Source: Chrysochromulina tobinii
Taxonomy: Eukaryota
Assembly: GCA_001275005.1 (NCBI GenBank)
Contig: JWZX01003149.1
Coordinates: 1 to 40,134, forward strand
Length of the DNA: 40,134 nt
Direction of reading: 5' to 3'
A program made the position numbers and the translations under genes. The stretch's first letter is position 1, and every line of letters begins with the position of its first letter. Below are positions 9,267-22,900 of this stretch, one piece after another. The notes under the pieces are model-generated. The model saw only the letters and a program-made list of their open reading frames with translations. It was not told where the DNA came from and ran no database searches.

Positions 9267-10192
9267 GGGGCGCGCATGAGGTGTTGGCGCCGTCAGGGGC
9301 GCCGCATATTGAGAGGGGCTCCACACCCTGGTGTTGTCCCATCGTTGTACGTTCACCCACATCCGCATCCGGGACGAGGGACGCACAGGTCAAGCGCGCG
9401 CGCGCGGCCGCCGGGGTGGGCGCCGCCGGAGCGAGTACGTGCCCGCGCCGACTCATTTGAGGGGTTCGTCTCTCATCCGCAAGTTTCGAAAGGCGCGAAA
9501 TCGTATCCAACGACACATCGTGGCTTCCTACGCACGCCGACCACACGAACGGACAAGCGCGCACGCTCGACAACGGTATGCCAACCTACCATGAATCAAC
9601 CATGTACGGTACGAAAAGTATAGCGCCGACGTATTCCGCCTTGTTTCGTTTCGAAATACTGTACACTGCTTACCTTAATTTCGACCTTAATACCTACGAT
9701 CTCGCGTGCGGTCCCGCGCACACCGACGGCCGCGCGCCGTGTTGAGTCAAAGCTGTCTCGCGCGGCCGCCAGCCGCACCTCCCCGCCCGCGGGACCCCGC
9801 TGCCCCGCGGCACGCGCCCGGAGCGCATGTGCGTCGCTGCGTCCCGTCGCCGCACGTACGCGCACCGTGGCCAGATCCTAAAAACCGTTAACCACTGTCC
9901 ACTCGTAAGTTTCCGTAGATTCGCGTTTCGCGGATGTGAAGTTGTTAAGTCGTCCGACCGAGGCGCCGACTTTCACTATGGCGGTAACCGGTATGGTTAC
10001 GGATCGTGGCGTCCAGGTTATGGTGAATGTATCGGAAGTTATAAATCGGTTTCATATGGCGTCGAATACGGGCGACGGGTCGCGATTGAATCACGATTGA
10101 TCATTGAATCTAAGACGAATGAGAGCTGTGCGCGAAAGCGCGAAACGTATAGGCACGCCCCGTGTAGGACGCTGCTCGCTGGACGGTGCATA

Positions 10193-12835
10193 TCACAAGG
10201 ACAAACCAAATGCACTTGCCATCGCTCGCGTGTGCACCGTCGGTTTGGCCCGCTTAGGCGGTGCCGAGCGATCCGAGGCTGTCGGCGTCGGCTTTGCCGC
10301 TGGCCGAGGTGGCGGCTTTGGCAAGATCGCAACCACGGTAAGCGCCGCCGTCAGCTCAGCCATGGCAGCCACGGCCGCGGCTGCATCAACCGCCTCTGCC
10401 GCGGCCTCATCGGCAGCGAGTCGCTCCCGCTCGAGCCGCTCAGCATCCTCCTCGGCCGCGAGTTGAGCAACGAGTCGCTCCTGCTCGAGCCGGTCAGCCT
10501 CCAGGCGCGCTGCTTCAGCGCCGAGCTCGGCCTCGAGACGCTCCCGCTCGAGCCGCTCCTCCTCCAGCCTTGCCGATTCAGCTGCGCGGAGCTCAGCGGC
10601 GAGTCGATCCCGCTCGAGCTGCCCCGCCTCCTTTCGGGCTGCTTTTTCGGCCGCAAGTCGCTCTCGCTCGCGCCTCTCTGCCTCCAGCCTTGCCTTCCGA
10701 TCTGCCTCCTTTCTCGCCCTCTCCTCCGCAGCGAGTCTTGCCTTCTCGGCGGCGAGTCGCTCTCGTTCGAGCTGCTCTGCCCCCAGACGCGCAGCTTCGG
10801 CTTCGAGTCGCTCCCGCTCGCGGCGCTCCGACTCCTGACGGGCTGCTTCGGCCGCGGCGGACTCGGCGGCAAGCCGCTCTGCTTCCAGACGTGCCGCTTC
10901 AGCCGCGGCCGCTTCTGCCGCGAGGCGCTCCCGCTCGTGTCCTTCCGCTTCCAGGCGGGCCATTTCGGCCGCGGCTGCCTCGGCTGCGCGCCGCTCTGCT
11001 TCCAGACGTGCCGCTTCAGCCGCAGCCGCTTCTGCCGCGAGACGCTCCTGCTCCCACTCGAGCCGCTCGGCCTCTGAGAGACGCGCCGCTTCAGCCGCGA
11101 GACGCTCCGCCTCGGCCGCGAGACGTGCCGCCTCCTCTGCCTGACGGCGCGCTGCCCCCGCAGCGACTGCCTTTGCCATTTGTGCCCTTGACCTCGCTAC
11201 AAATGCAGCCGCTGCAGCCGACGTCGCCATTGGCGTCCGCACCAATTCCACGGGCCCTATGATGTCATTGTCCAGCCCCTCCCACGTGTCCTCGAGCTTT
11301 ATGGGCGGTGGGCAGGGCTCAAAGAATGTGTCGCCCACCTTGATAAAGTCCCCGGGTACTAGATCCTCCACTCCCATTCGAGCAAGCTCAACATGGGAGA
11401 GCTCGAGATGTCGGCGCTGCATGGCTAAAAACAGGCCGCGGCTTTTTTGCCAGTTGCCTGACTTGGGCTTGAATGGCTTTGGCCTCGGTGGCGGCAGCGG
11501 TGGTGCCTCCGGCGAATCCGGCTCTGGCTCCAGCTCTGGTTCCGGCTCTAGCTCTAGCTCCTGCTCTAGCTCCGGCTCCAAATCAGGCTCTGACTGCCCC
11601 TCTCGCTCAGGCTCAAGCTCAGGCGCAGCCAGAACCACTGCCGCCTCGGCCGCACGTACGGGCTCCGGCTCTGCTGCGGGCTCCACTGCTGGCTCGGCCT
11701 CCGTCGCGGGCTGCGACTCTGCTGCAGGCTCTGCCTCCGCTTTGGGCTCTGCCTCCGGTTCTGACGCTAGCACTGGTTCTGGCACTGGCTCTAGAGGAAG
11801 TGGCGACTGCGGAGGCGGCAGCTCGACAGGCTTTGGCGTTGGGGGGGGCTTTGGCTTTGGAAGAGGCTTAGGCTTTGGAGGGTCCGGGATGTACGGAAGC
11901 TCCGGAATCTCGGGTTCCGGTGGCTTCGGAGGCTTCGGCGCCACAGTTCGGAAGGACGTCGCTTGCTCCCCTTCTTCACGAATCTCTTCAAAGATCTGGA
12001 CGTGTTGCTCCTTTGCTTCTTCCGCCTGGATCATGTCTTGCATTTGCTCAGCAAACGCTTCAGCTTTCGGGCCGAACATCGGTATAGGTTTCTCAGATGC
12101 ACTTTCCAAAATCTGAGAAAGTTTCTGTACCTCGGCTTTTGGTGCGAACAGCTTCATTGCGCGACTCAGTCTTTTAGATGCCCGGCGCAGAGAAATCTCC
12201 GCATCCGCCTTGACCTCGGACTCGAGGAATTCAAGCAGCTCCGCCTTCACCTCCTCTTCCGTAGGAATGGCTTCGACACGTGACGGAAGTACCTCCTGCC
12301 AATGCATCCCAAACGGTGGGGGTTCTCCTTCCTCAAGAGGTGGCGGCGCGATGGCGTCGACCAGCGGCGGAACTCGGCGTTTCAAACTGTACGACAGCGG
12401 CTTCGAATACAGTCCCAGGACGCCACCATTCCCTCGAACGACCTCAATGGGCCTCCTGATCAGTGGTTGGCGAACCTGCCACCGGATCTTGTTGCGCATT
12501 GCTAGCCGAAGCTGACGTGTGTCATCATCCACATCATCGTCATCTCCATCTTCCGCATAGACCCACCGCCGTGAATGTTCATCTTGCACATTGAGGCGAG
12601 TCTCTGCTCTCAACGAAACAAGCCGCGGAAATGCGCTACCTTTTCGTCGGTGCATCGGCAAGCTCGATTTCTTGCCTATGACTTCCACGCCGCTGGGCCC
12701 ACCTTGTCCATCTTCGGCCACACGCGCCAACGCAGAGCCGAGCCGCCGTGGCCGTGGTGCTGGCTCGAGAGGTGAGGCCGGCGGCACCGGCAGTTCGAGT
12801 AGCCAATTCCGTGCCTCTTCATGGAGAACCACCAT
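10193..12835 (-). CDS. Large low-complexity protein: Pro-rich and EP-repeat linker plus E/A/R-rich coiled-coil/single-alpha-helix tail
   Basis: Long open frame (880 aa from ATG 12835) with repeated [21 protein letters not shown] units. No catalytic motif recognised. The C-terminal exon structure is uncertain. Confidence 0.7.
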   Translation of the reverse strand: MVVLHEEARNWLLELPVPPASPLEPAPRPRRLGSALARVAEDGQGGPSGVEVIGKKSSLPMHRRKGSAFPRLVSLRAETRLNVQDEHSRRWVYAEDGDDDDVDDDTRQLRLAMRNKIRWQVRQPLIRRPIEVVRGNGGVLGLYSKPLSYSLKRRVPPLVDAIAPPPLEEGEPPPFGMHWQEVLPSRVEAIPTEEEVKAELLEFLESEVKADAEISLRRASKRLSRAMKLFAPKAEVQKLSQILESASEKPIPMFGPKAEAFAEQMQDMIQAEEAKEQHVQIFEEIREEGEQATSFRTVAPKPPKPPEPEIPELPYIPDPPKPKPLPKPKPPPTPKPVELPPPQSPLPLEPVPEPVLASEPEAEPKAEAEPAAESQPATEAEPAVEPAAEPEPVRAAEAAVVLAAPELEPEREGQSEPDLEPELEQELELEPEPELEPEPDSPEAPPLPPPRPKPFKPKSGNWQKSRGLFLAMQRRHLELSHVELARMGVEDLVPGDFIKVGDTFFEPCPPPIKLEDTWEGLDNDIIGPVELVRTPMATSAAAAAFVARSRAQMAKAVAAGAARRQAEEAARLAAEAERLAAEAARLSEAERLEWEQERLAAEAAAAEAARLEAERRAAEAAAAEMARLEAEGHERERLAAEAAAAEAARLEAERLAAESAAAEAARQESERRERERLEAEAARLGAEQLERERLAAEKARLAAEERARKEADRKARLEAERRERERLAAEKAARKEAGQLERDRLAAELRAAESARLEEERLERERLEAELGAEAARLEADRLEQERLVAQLAAEEDAERLERERLAADEAAAEAVDAAAAVAAMAELTAALTVVAILPKPPPRPAAKPTPTASDRSAPPKRAKPTVHTRAMASAFGLSL

Positions 12836-13908
12836 GTCGTGGGCGAGTTTTGCGAGGCGTTCACCGCGAGAAGAAGGAAACGAAACCACACGCGAAACGA
12901 CAACCGATCCATAACCGATCCATTTTGGGGAAACCAGAAATAGGCACAGCACCCCGTACAGTACTGGTCAAGGACCGCATCCGACATCGTAACGTAAGCC
13001 GTTGGGCGCGATCCTCGAACACGTTCTGGCATCTGTGGAACTGTGGGGCTGGGCGGGTCACTCTGGGCGCCCAGAACTTTTCTGACTCCTGCCCCCCCTT
13101 GAATGTTCTTGAATGTGTGGCGGCTTGGGCCTTGGCCCATTTTGGGCTTAGCGCCCCTTCGGGGCCACCCGAAACCCGCCGGTCCGACCCATTGACCGTG
13201 GGGACGGACCGGACAACCGAACCATTTCCATCGACGTTTCGCCGTACGTGTATCGAATCGTGGACACGGTCACGGACTTGAACGGTTAAGGGTTATCGAT
13301 AAATCGCGAATTCCGATCGTCACCGCCGGCCGCGCTGGCGCTGCGGCCGGCGGCGCGCGCGAACGTACCACGCTATTTTTATTTCCTGCACGCGGCCGTC
13401 GCCGAACATAATCCATTATTATAGCGTGCACACCGCGGACCGGCGCGCGGCGGTCGCCGCGCTAAGCGTCACGGTGCCTCGTCCGCGCCGGCTTCGCCGC
13501 CTCGGCATCCGCCGGCTCCACGGGTCCGACCGGACGTCGAACACATCAGACGCTCTCATATCACCGCAGACCGCACAGACTCTGCACTCAAGTCCGGTCC
13601 ATGTACCATGACCATGTTGCTCTCGAAGCAGACGGCTCAGCACTCACGCACAACCAACATCCAACCGCAGCGCCGCTCCGGGCCGTTGCTCCGGGCCGTG
13701 CCGGGGCGCCGAACATGTGGGCGATGAGCCCGCTCATCATCGACCGAATGAGATGCATGCCACATGTCATGAGTAGAAACGTACAGAGAACGCAGGCATG
13801 CAAACAGAACCGCCGACATGCTTCGCCCTTCCCTTGACCCGAGTGCTTTCCCTCCACAAGCGGACGAGGCTCCGATGGGCTCGTCCAACGCATCGGTCGC
13901 ATGCCTTG

Positions 13909-16900
13909 CTAAAGCTCTAAGCGCAGTTGAGGCTTTGAAGCCGCGGCGGTGCGGATGGCCGCCTTGCACTCCTCGTCGAGCGCTGGGTTGTACTGCAGGC
14001 GCAGCGCGGACAGCGTCTTTGAGGTGTCGACCACCTTCGCCAGCCAGTGCGCCTCGGCCGTCTCCAGGTCGGTGGCGGTGAGGTCGACCTCGGTGACCGT
14101 CTTGTTATGCTTGAGCAAACCCAGGAGCAACCGCACCGACCCAGGCTCTAGGGGAGTCTCCTTTAAGCTGAGCACCTTCTCCCCCTCGAGCACCTCGAAG
14201 GCGTCGCAGCGCATGTAGCCCAAGCGGCACATGGCGCCTTCCTGCAGCAGCGAGTCGCCCAGCGACTGATAGAGGTTGGCAAAGCCCGGGATCTGGCGTA
14301 CGTCGAGCGACGTGACGGACGTGTTGCCCTTGAAGGCCTGTAACAGCGGGAAGCCATCGATCTTGGTGCAGCTCAGGTCGAGCGATGTGATCGTGCACGT
14401 TTGGCTCATCAAAAGCTCCTGCAGCGCCAACGCGCCTTCCCGACCAAAGTCGGCAGAAGCGAGGTGCAACGACGTGACGAGCGAGTAGAGCGTGCCACCG
14501 CTGGCGCGCATGCGCTTGAGGAGCTCCTTACAGCTCTTCTCGCTCATCTCGACCTCGTTGAGATAGAGGCCGAGCGCGGCGAGCTTGCAGAAGGCGGCTT
14601 GCGCCTTGAACTCCTTGGGGCACAAGGAGAGAATGCTCTGCTCCTCGCCCGCGCAGACGACGATGAGGCGCAGCGAAAGCAGCTCCTCGAAGATGAGGGG
14701 ATTGGCCACGAGGACATGCAGGTCCGACTCCTTCTCAACGTCGACGATGCCCATGAGCGCGCGCATCTCGATGGCCTGCTTGAGCATGTCTGACGAGGCG
14801 AGATAGTCGAGCTCGAAGCACTTAATGATGATCTCGCGCGGCGGCTTCTTGGCCGTCGCCTCGTCCATCAGCAGCTCCTTGAGCTTCGTAAGGGAGAGGA
14901 CGAGCGGCACGAGGCGTACAGGGCCAAGGTCGGGGGAGCCGTCGCGCAGCTTGGCCGCTACAATATACGTCATCTGCTGGAGCAAGAGCTCGTGCTCCGC
15001 CTTGCCACCGCTCAGGACGAACGCGGGCGCGGGCAAGTGCGTCGGGCCTCCGCTCTGGTCGATGGTGTCGTCGACAAGCTTATGCGCCGACATGACCTTC
15101 GGCTTTTGAGTGTCTGGCTGGGCCTTTTTGGCGGCCGGCGGCAAAGCCACCGGCGGTGGCGTGCCGGGTCGCTCCTTTGAGGTACGGTTGTCTTTTGGCG
15201 GCGGGGCCGGCGGCGGGGCCGGAAGAGCACCGGCGGGGCCGGCGATCGGCTCGCCCACGCCGGGCACATGAATCGTATCAAGGAAGATGCGCTGCTCGCG
15301 CACAGGCAGGTCCCTGCCCAACGCCTCGTCGCGCATGGTCGCGCGCTGGAGCACGAGCTTGTCGAGGTACGCGTTGCGCGCGTCCTCGTACCGCGATGCA
15401 GTGGGGAAGAGAAGCTTCGTGTGGTTCACCTCGTTGAGATCGACCTCCTTGATGACTCGCTTACCGGTGGACCCACGGTTGCCCAGGCGCACGCGGTGGC
15501 GAGAGCCGCGGCGCACGCCCATCCATTCCTCAACGACCGCGTCGAGCATAGCATTCTCGTGCATCAGCAGCAGCTTCTGGCCAGACTTGTACGAGGCCGA
15601 CGCCGTCCTGGACACCGTATCAGGCCGCGGGTCGACCGAGAGTTCAACGCCCTCCTTGGTCTCATTGTCGACCTTGACGGCAACGGTGTCGTCAGGTCGG
15701 ATCTTGACGACGGTCACAAAGTTGTTGCCCGTCTTCATGCGCGCGCCCACGCCACACGCGTACGCGAGCCACGGGCTGACCAGGATCGTGAGGACCTGCT
15801 TGGCCTGGCCGGTCGGCTGCCAGCGCATGTGGATGGTGACTATGGGTGCCGCCGTGCCAGGCAGCGGCGGCTCGGCCGTGCGCCATGGGAACCAGCGATT
15901 GTGGAGCAGCACGCGCTCCAGCCACGGCTCACCGTGCTTCTGGCTAGGCCGGAGATTGCCTACAACCTGCAAGTTGAACGCGGAGACGAGCTCGACATCA
16001 CCGCCGTCGGGCAGCGAGCTCGGGTCTGAACCGCCGTCGACGACGGTAAAGGGGACGCCCGAGCAGTTGAAGAGCAGGATCATCCCGCCGGGAGGTGCCC
16101 AGTCGTGCCGGGACGGTGCGTTCTCCTCGCGCCCCTCGGGTCGAATGCGCTGGGTGACGCTCTCCTCATCCTCAATGACCCGCCCGGCAAACTCGCGATC
16201 CGGGTCGAGCACCGCCTCGAGATCACGCCCTTTACCGAAACCGAAGAAGCGGCGGATGGCGCCGACGCCCTGGCGTGCCTGCTCGATCGAGGGCTTCTCG
16301 AGCGGGTTGCGTCCAACGGAGAGCTGCAACGCCTCGTTGAGCTCGCAGATGGTCACCGGAAGCTCCTGGAGCCTGTTCTCGGACAAATCGAGCTTGTTGA
16401 GCGCGCGCAGGTTGCCGATGGTCGCGGGGAGCACCTTGATCGAGTTCTTGTGCAGGTCGAGCGCCTCGAGCGCGGTGAGCAGGAACATGGACGCGGGCAA
16501 CTCGATGATTTGATTCGAGTGAAGGGAGATCTTACGCAGCGACGTCATCGTGCCGATGAGCGACGGGATGCCCGTGAGCCGATTCCTATCGAGCGCGAGG
16601 GAGCGGACGTTGCGAAGCTTGCACAGCGGCGCGAGGGCGTCCGGTGGGCAGTCGATGTCATCCTCATCCATTCGCAGGTCGACGATCGCATTCAGGTTGC
16701 TGCAAATGGACATCGCGAGCTCCTCCATCGCCTTGGCGTCGCCGCCGAGCCCGTTGCGGGCCACGTCGAGCAGGCGCAGGGGTGCCTCCCCAAGGCCGCT
16801 GACGATGGCTGCGATGCCGCTCGCGCCGAGCTGGTTGTTCTTCACATTGAGCTCCTGCATCGTGCGGTTCTCACGCGCGATCGCGCCAATCGCGTGCCCC

Positions 16901-19900
16901 GAGAGCGGCCCGAGTCCCCAGTCGGCCACGTTGAGTGCCGTGTCGGTGCCTGTGGCACCGCGGAGCACGGGCACGGGCAGCCGCGCCCCGTCAATCTTGA
17001 TCGATTCGAGGCACGGATGCATGCGCGCGGCCCCCGCGATCAGCGCCACGCCCTCGGCGCCGATCGGATTGTTCGAGATGTCGAGCTGCTTGAGCGTCTT
17101 GTTATCCTGGAGCGCGAGCTGGAAGAAGGCGGCGGCCGCGTTGTCGAGGCCCGTCTCGGTGACGATGACGTCCTCGAGCGACGTGTTGAACCGGAGCACG
17201 CCCGCCAGGAGCATGAGCACCGGGTTCGACACTCCTACCGAGTCGGCCACATGATCAGGCTCCTTGATCTTGACGGAGCTGCCGCGTGCAGCCGCCGCCG
17301 CTGCGGCGGCCGCCGCCTCGATGGACGCCTTGCGATCCTTGGCCGACTGGAGCTTGAGCTCCTTTTGGCCGGCAGAGACCTGAAAGGCGTCGCACGCGAG
17401 GAAGCCGAGGCGGCAGTTGCACTGCTCCATCTGCAAAAACGAGCCGAGGAAGGAGTAGATTGCATCTGTGTTCGCCGACGGGATGTCGCGGATGTCCACC
17501 GAAGTGAGCGACTCGTTGCGCTTGATCGCGAGGGCGGTGTCGTACCCATCGAGGCCCACATTGCCGCGCAGGTCCAGGAACTTGAGGGGGCAGGGCGCCT
17601 TCTCCCCCCAGAGTACCTCTTTGAGCATCGCGCCTGTCTGCTTGCCAAGATCGTTATTGGCCAGCAGGAGAGACGTGATCTTCTCGTAGCCCATCGTCTT
17701 CTTGGACAGACCGGACGAGAAGGAGGAGAGCAACTTGGCGCCGGCCTTGTCGTTGAGCTGGATGTTGGTCAGATTGATCTCGCGCAGCGGGCACACCGCG
17801 GACTCGCAGAGCGGCTTGAGTAGAATGTGGCCGCCCTCGCCCTCGGCGCCGATGGCGTTTCCGAGGCCCGTGTTCGACAGGTTGAGGCACTCGAGCATCG
17901 TGTTGGCGGCGATGAGCGTGCCGATCATCTCGCACGCCACGCGACCGAGCTGGCCTTCGATGCAAGTCTGCGACAAGTCGACCACCCGACCGCCGTCGGC
18001 CGCGGCCTCGGCGATGGCCTCGGCTTCGGCCTTCTCAGCCGCGACCTTCTCGGCCGCGGCGCCCTTGCTCCCGGTCGCCGGGGCCTTGGTGGCCTTGGTC
18101 ACCTCCGGGGGTTTCTCCGCCGTGGGCGTACCCGTCCACTTGGAGCCGTTGAGCTCTGGCACGGGCAGCCTCACCACGGCCTGGCCACCGGTGCGCGAGA
18201 TATGGATGAGGTCGAGGCGCGAGAGCGTCGAGTTGCCACGGAGCGCGAGCGCGAGCGTCGGGATCTGGTCCGAGCGCAGCTGCTTGAGCGTCACGTGCGT
18301 GAGCGTGCGGTTGCCGAGCAGGCAGCCGGCGAGCAGTCGGAACGGCTCAACCTCCTTGAGCTCCGCACGGGAGAGGTCGAACTCGCAAGCAGTCACTTTC
18401 GGCTCCAGCCCGAAGTCGTTGCAGAAGGCGACGCGCGAGCCAGGGTTGTTCAGCAGCGCCTCGCCGATGGCCGATCGCGCCGAGTTGGCCAGCGACGCGC
18501 CGCTGCCGATGTTGAAGGTGGTGAGCACGGTGTTGGTCATCATCACACCCGCGAGCAGCACTGCATCGGATGTGGACGCATCCTTGGGCCAGGTGAGAGA
18601 CGTCGTCGTCTCGGAGAGCACAAAGGTATCGCAGCTCAAGTAGCCGAGCTTGCGGGCCTTGTTCTCGAGGCACGCGCGCCCGATGTCGTCCTTGGCGCGC
18701 GAGGGCAGATGCCGATCGAGGTGCTCGCGGAGGTCAATCGAGACGAGCGACGGGTGCACACGTACAAGCTCGGCAAGGGCGGGCTCGACGCCCGGCTCAT
18801 TGTACGCGAAGCCGAGCTTCGTCAGGGCGACACAGGAGCGCAGTGCCCTGGCGGCGATTCGCACGCCAACCTGGCCGAGCTTGTTTTCGTTCAGGTTGAG
18901 GTCCGTGAGCGTGACGTTCGTCGCGAACGAGTCGCACACACGAGACCAGTCGGCGGGGATGGCGGTGAGCCGATCGAGGCCGTTGTCGCTCAGGTCGAGC
19001 GCCTTGAGGCTCTTGCACGTATTGATCATCTTGGAGAGCCCCGGCACGTCGTCCATCGTGATCTCGTTGTGCGACACGGTAATGGACTCGACCATGTTGT
19101 TGTCGTCGGTGATAAACCACAGGGCCGAGCGGCCGTTGGGCGAGAGCGGGTGCGCGTGGAAGTCCCAGTTGAGCCGTTGCATGCCGAGCAGAGAACCGAG
19201 GTGGCCCGCGGCGATGCGGCAAGTGTTGTTCATGTACCGGTTATTGAGGAACTCGGAGGCCGCCTTGTCGTTCGACCAGCCGCCCCAGCCGGGGCCCTGC
19301 GGCGGTGCGAGGCTCGTCACCAGCAGGATGAGATGCTCCGCGTATAACCCCTCCTGGAAGGAGAGGTGCTTGAACTGGTACTGCGCGGGCGCCTTGTCCG
19401 ACTGCATCGCGAGCGTCGCCGTAAGCGCGACGCCATAGTCACGGTCCATATCGAGGCGCGTCCACAAGCCGAGCTCCTCGGGCGTCGCGCCGAGCGCGCA
19501 GGCCACGTGCTTCGAGGTGAACTCGCGCCGCCCGTTCTCCTGGTTCTCGACGGCGACACGCCGGAGCATCTTCTTGGCGGTCTCTTGCAGCTGCGTCTCG
19601 CTCTGGCTGTTGGGCGCGATGACGAACTCGACGAGCGCCGTCACGGGCAGGTGCATCGAGTGCGACTTGGGCACGACCGCCGTGATGGACGTACGCAGAT
19701 CCGAGCCCTTGCCGCCCGCGTACTTGTCGAGGACGCGCACGACGAGCGAGTAGCACTCTGCCACGTCATCCTCTCCCTGCACGACGCGAACCTTCTTGCC
19801 ACGGAGCACCGAGTTGAGATCGAGCACCGGATCGTTGCTCACCGTCGTCTTCTTGGTGACGGCGGTGGCCTCCTGCCCGCCCGCGGCGTCGCCGCCCGCG

Positions 19901-22900
19901 GCGGAGAAGGACGAGCCCGCGCCCATCGAGACATCGAGCGCACCCTTGCGCTTCTCGCGGCGCGGGCGGGCGTCGGTCGCCTGCTCTTCCTCCTTCTCGG
20001 TCACTTCGGCGACCGCCTCATTGGCCTGCTGCGTGTAGGCGAGCCGCTTCTTGATGCCCGAGAGGATTCCGAGCTTGTACAACTGAAGCCGGTCCTGCGG
20101 CAGCTCCTCGAGGCTGATGGCGCCCGAGCCGCCCGAGCCAAGCGAGTAGCAGAGCAGCAGCAGCGAGAGAAGCACAGGCACACCGATCGCTTCGACGAGG
20201 AAGACGAGCAACGTCTCGAACTTGGTGTCAAATTGCCCCTTTGGCATGTTGACACGATTCATGAAAAAGTTGTAGTGCGCCGAGTAGCCCATCTCGACGT
20301 AGTACTTGCGCAGGTCCTTGTGCTCAGCCTCGATGACGAAGCACACGGCGACACCCTTGTGCCGGAAGAGCATCTGCAGCCTTACGTTTCGCAGGTGCGT
20401 CGGGTGCATCGTGTCTGGGTTGAAGGTGTTGTTGATCTCCTGCTTCGTGAGCGTCGCCTCGTCACCGTCGAAGTCCACCTCCACGCCCTTGGCGAGCGTC
20501 TTGACGAGATTGACGAGCTGCTCGCCCGTGGAGCACGGTAGCGTGATCGTGCCCAGATAGGTTTCAGGCGGCTTCTCGGCCGGTTCGGTCGTGGTCGGGT
20601 ACGTGTCCTCGAGCCAGACTTCGACCGGGTCGCGGTACTTCATTGCCGGCATCGCGGTGGCACTGCCCACGATGAAGTCGCCTAGCCCTTCTTGCTCCCG
20701 TTTGAGGCCGTAGTCGGCCATGCCGACAGTGTTGCACACGCAGCCGAGCAGGTGCATGGCCGCGGGTAGCAACCGCTCGAGGAGCGCAAACTTGTCGCCC
20801 TCCTTGGCGGTCGCCTGCGACCAGAGGCCAAAGGCGGGCATCGGCGCCGCCTTGGCGCCACGCCGGCCGCCCACCTGCGGCTGCTTGCGTAGCACACCGA
20901 TCTGCGCAAGCGACTCGTACACATCCTCGGGGAAGGTCCTCTTGAGATCCTTCTGCATCTGGTCGATGACCTCGTCCGTCTGTGCGCGCGTGCACGGCGT
21001 GGGCAGCGGCTTGATCTCCGAGTCGAGATAGTCGAGCAGCGTCGGGTGGTGCACCGTGCCCACCTTGCACGGCTTGATGAGCGCCTTGTTGAGCTGCTCC
21101 AAGAAGTTGGAGCGCAGCGCGCGACCTTGGACCGTCTTCGCCTCATCGAGCCAAGTCTGCAGGTCCTGCATATTGTCGAGCGCCATGCGCCGGCGCGAGA
21201 GCGGCGTGCGCGGCACTGGCTTGACAGCGGACGGATTCAGGATAGCCACGGAACCGGCGGGGCGCTTGGACTTCCCGTCGTCTTTGTCGCCCTTTTTGCC
21301 GCCCTTCTTGGCTGTCTTCGCCTTGGAATCCTCGATCTCGTCATCCAGGTCGGCCAGGTCGGCCTCCGCGGCGCCCTTTTTGCCCTTCTCGTCTCCCTTG
21401 GCCGCTTCGCCGCCGGCGCCCTCGGAAATCTCCTTCGTGTTCTTGCGATCCTTGGCGCCCTCCTCCTCCTTCCCCTCCGCAGACTTCTCCTCCTTCTCAT
21501 CCCCAAGCTTCTCGACTTCATTCCGGAGCGCCTCCGATCGGAAGAGCTCGCGGTACTTGTCGTCGAGGTACTTGCGGCACTCGCCGATGTTGACCAGGTG
21601 CTCGAAGAAGAGGTTGCCCTGCAGCTGCATCTGGATCACGTTACGCTGCTGCTCCTGCGAGAGCTCGAGGAGGTTCATGATCACGAAGCGCGCCTTGTAG
21701 TCGTCAAGGTCGACGCCCTCTGGACGCGAGGTGATCACGACGCGGCAGCCGCTCGTGACGAGCTCGTAGTGAACGAACGCCTCGACGACCTCACGCAGGC
21801 CGGCGGCCTCGTCCACGCCGTCGACGAGGATGACGCAAGCGCGCATCTCATACGCGAGCAGCAGCAGCGACTTCTCCTCCTTCCTGTCGATGAACTCGTT
21901 GCCAATGTACCAGCGCAGGAGGCCCTCGGGGTCCTGGAGCAGGGAGGTCGGGTCATCGCCATGTTCGCGCAACAGACGCACGATGCGCTGCACGAAGACG
22001 ATCACGGGCACCAGCCGGATGCCTTCGCCCGCGTTCTCGCCTGCGAGTGCGTCGGCGAGCAAGAAGAGACACTGCTTGACCATCCACGTCTTACCGGTGC
22101 CCGGTCCGGCGCGGCAGAGCACAGGCTGCGCGATGTGGGAGCCGTGGGGCCGGCGTGGCGAAGGCTCGAGGAAGTTGGTCACGAGCTGGGGCACATCGTG
22201 CACGCTCATGTACTCGGGCGTGTTGCACCCGTCTAAGATGTTGGCCGCGGTCATAAAGATGAGCTGCTCGGCGATGAGCAGCTGATTGCCAGTGATCGCA
22301 TCCTCGACCTTATCCTCGGTCGTCGTGAGCCACTTGCAATAACGCATCCGCAGCTCCTCGTACACATCGGCGTTCATCGCCGGGTCTACGAGGACCGCGT
22401 GGTTGAATTGGTTGAGCGAGGGGCACGACTGGCACCCCGTGGTTGCGCCGATCGGCTTGACGTTGACCATGTGGCGCGGCCCTTCCGAAGCGTCAAGGGC
22501 CCCGAACCAACGGAGCACCGTCGCATCGACGAGCATCTGCTTCTTGTCCTGCTCGTGCAGTAGCAAGAGCCGCGTGTCTCGGGTGTAGCCTGCGTACGCG
22601 CACGGCAGGATGGTGGACGGCTGAATGTCGACCAGCTGCTCGCCCTTCACGCCATCAACCTTCGAGTAGCCGTCGACGCGGCAGACGACGCGATCGTCGG
22701 CCAGGATGCGCTGCACCGTCGCGCAGCCAAATATCTCCTTGCCCTTGCGCACGAGCATACGCGCGCCGATGGAGCAGCCGTACGCGAGCCAAGGATACAC
22801 TTTGACGGTGGCGACCTCTCGACCCCATGTGAGCTCGAGTTCAATCGCGCCCGAGCCCTGCCAGCCATCGTGCATCAGACCGTGCTCCTCCGCGAGCATC

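Noticed and set aside
9827..12116. Plus-strand ORFs 9827-11077 and 11259-12116
   Set aside because: Antisense shadows of the repetitive coiled-coil/Pro-rich gene on the minus strand.
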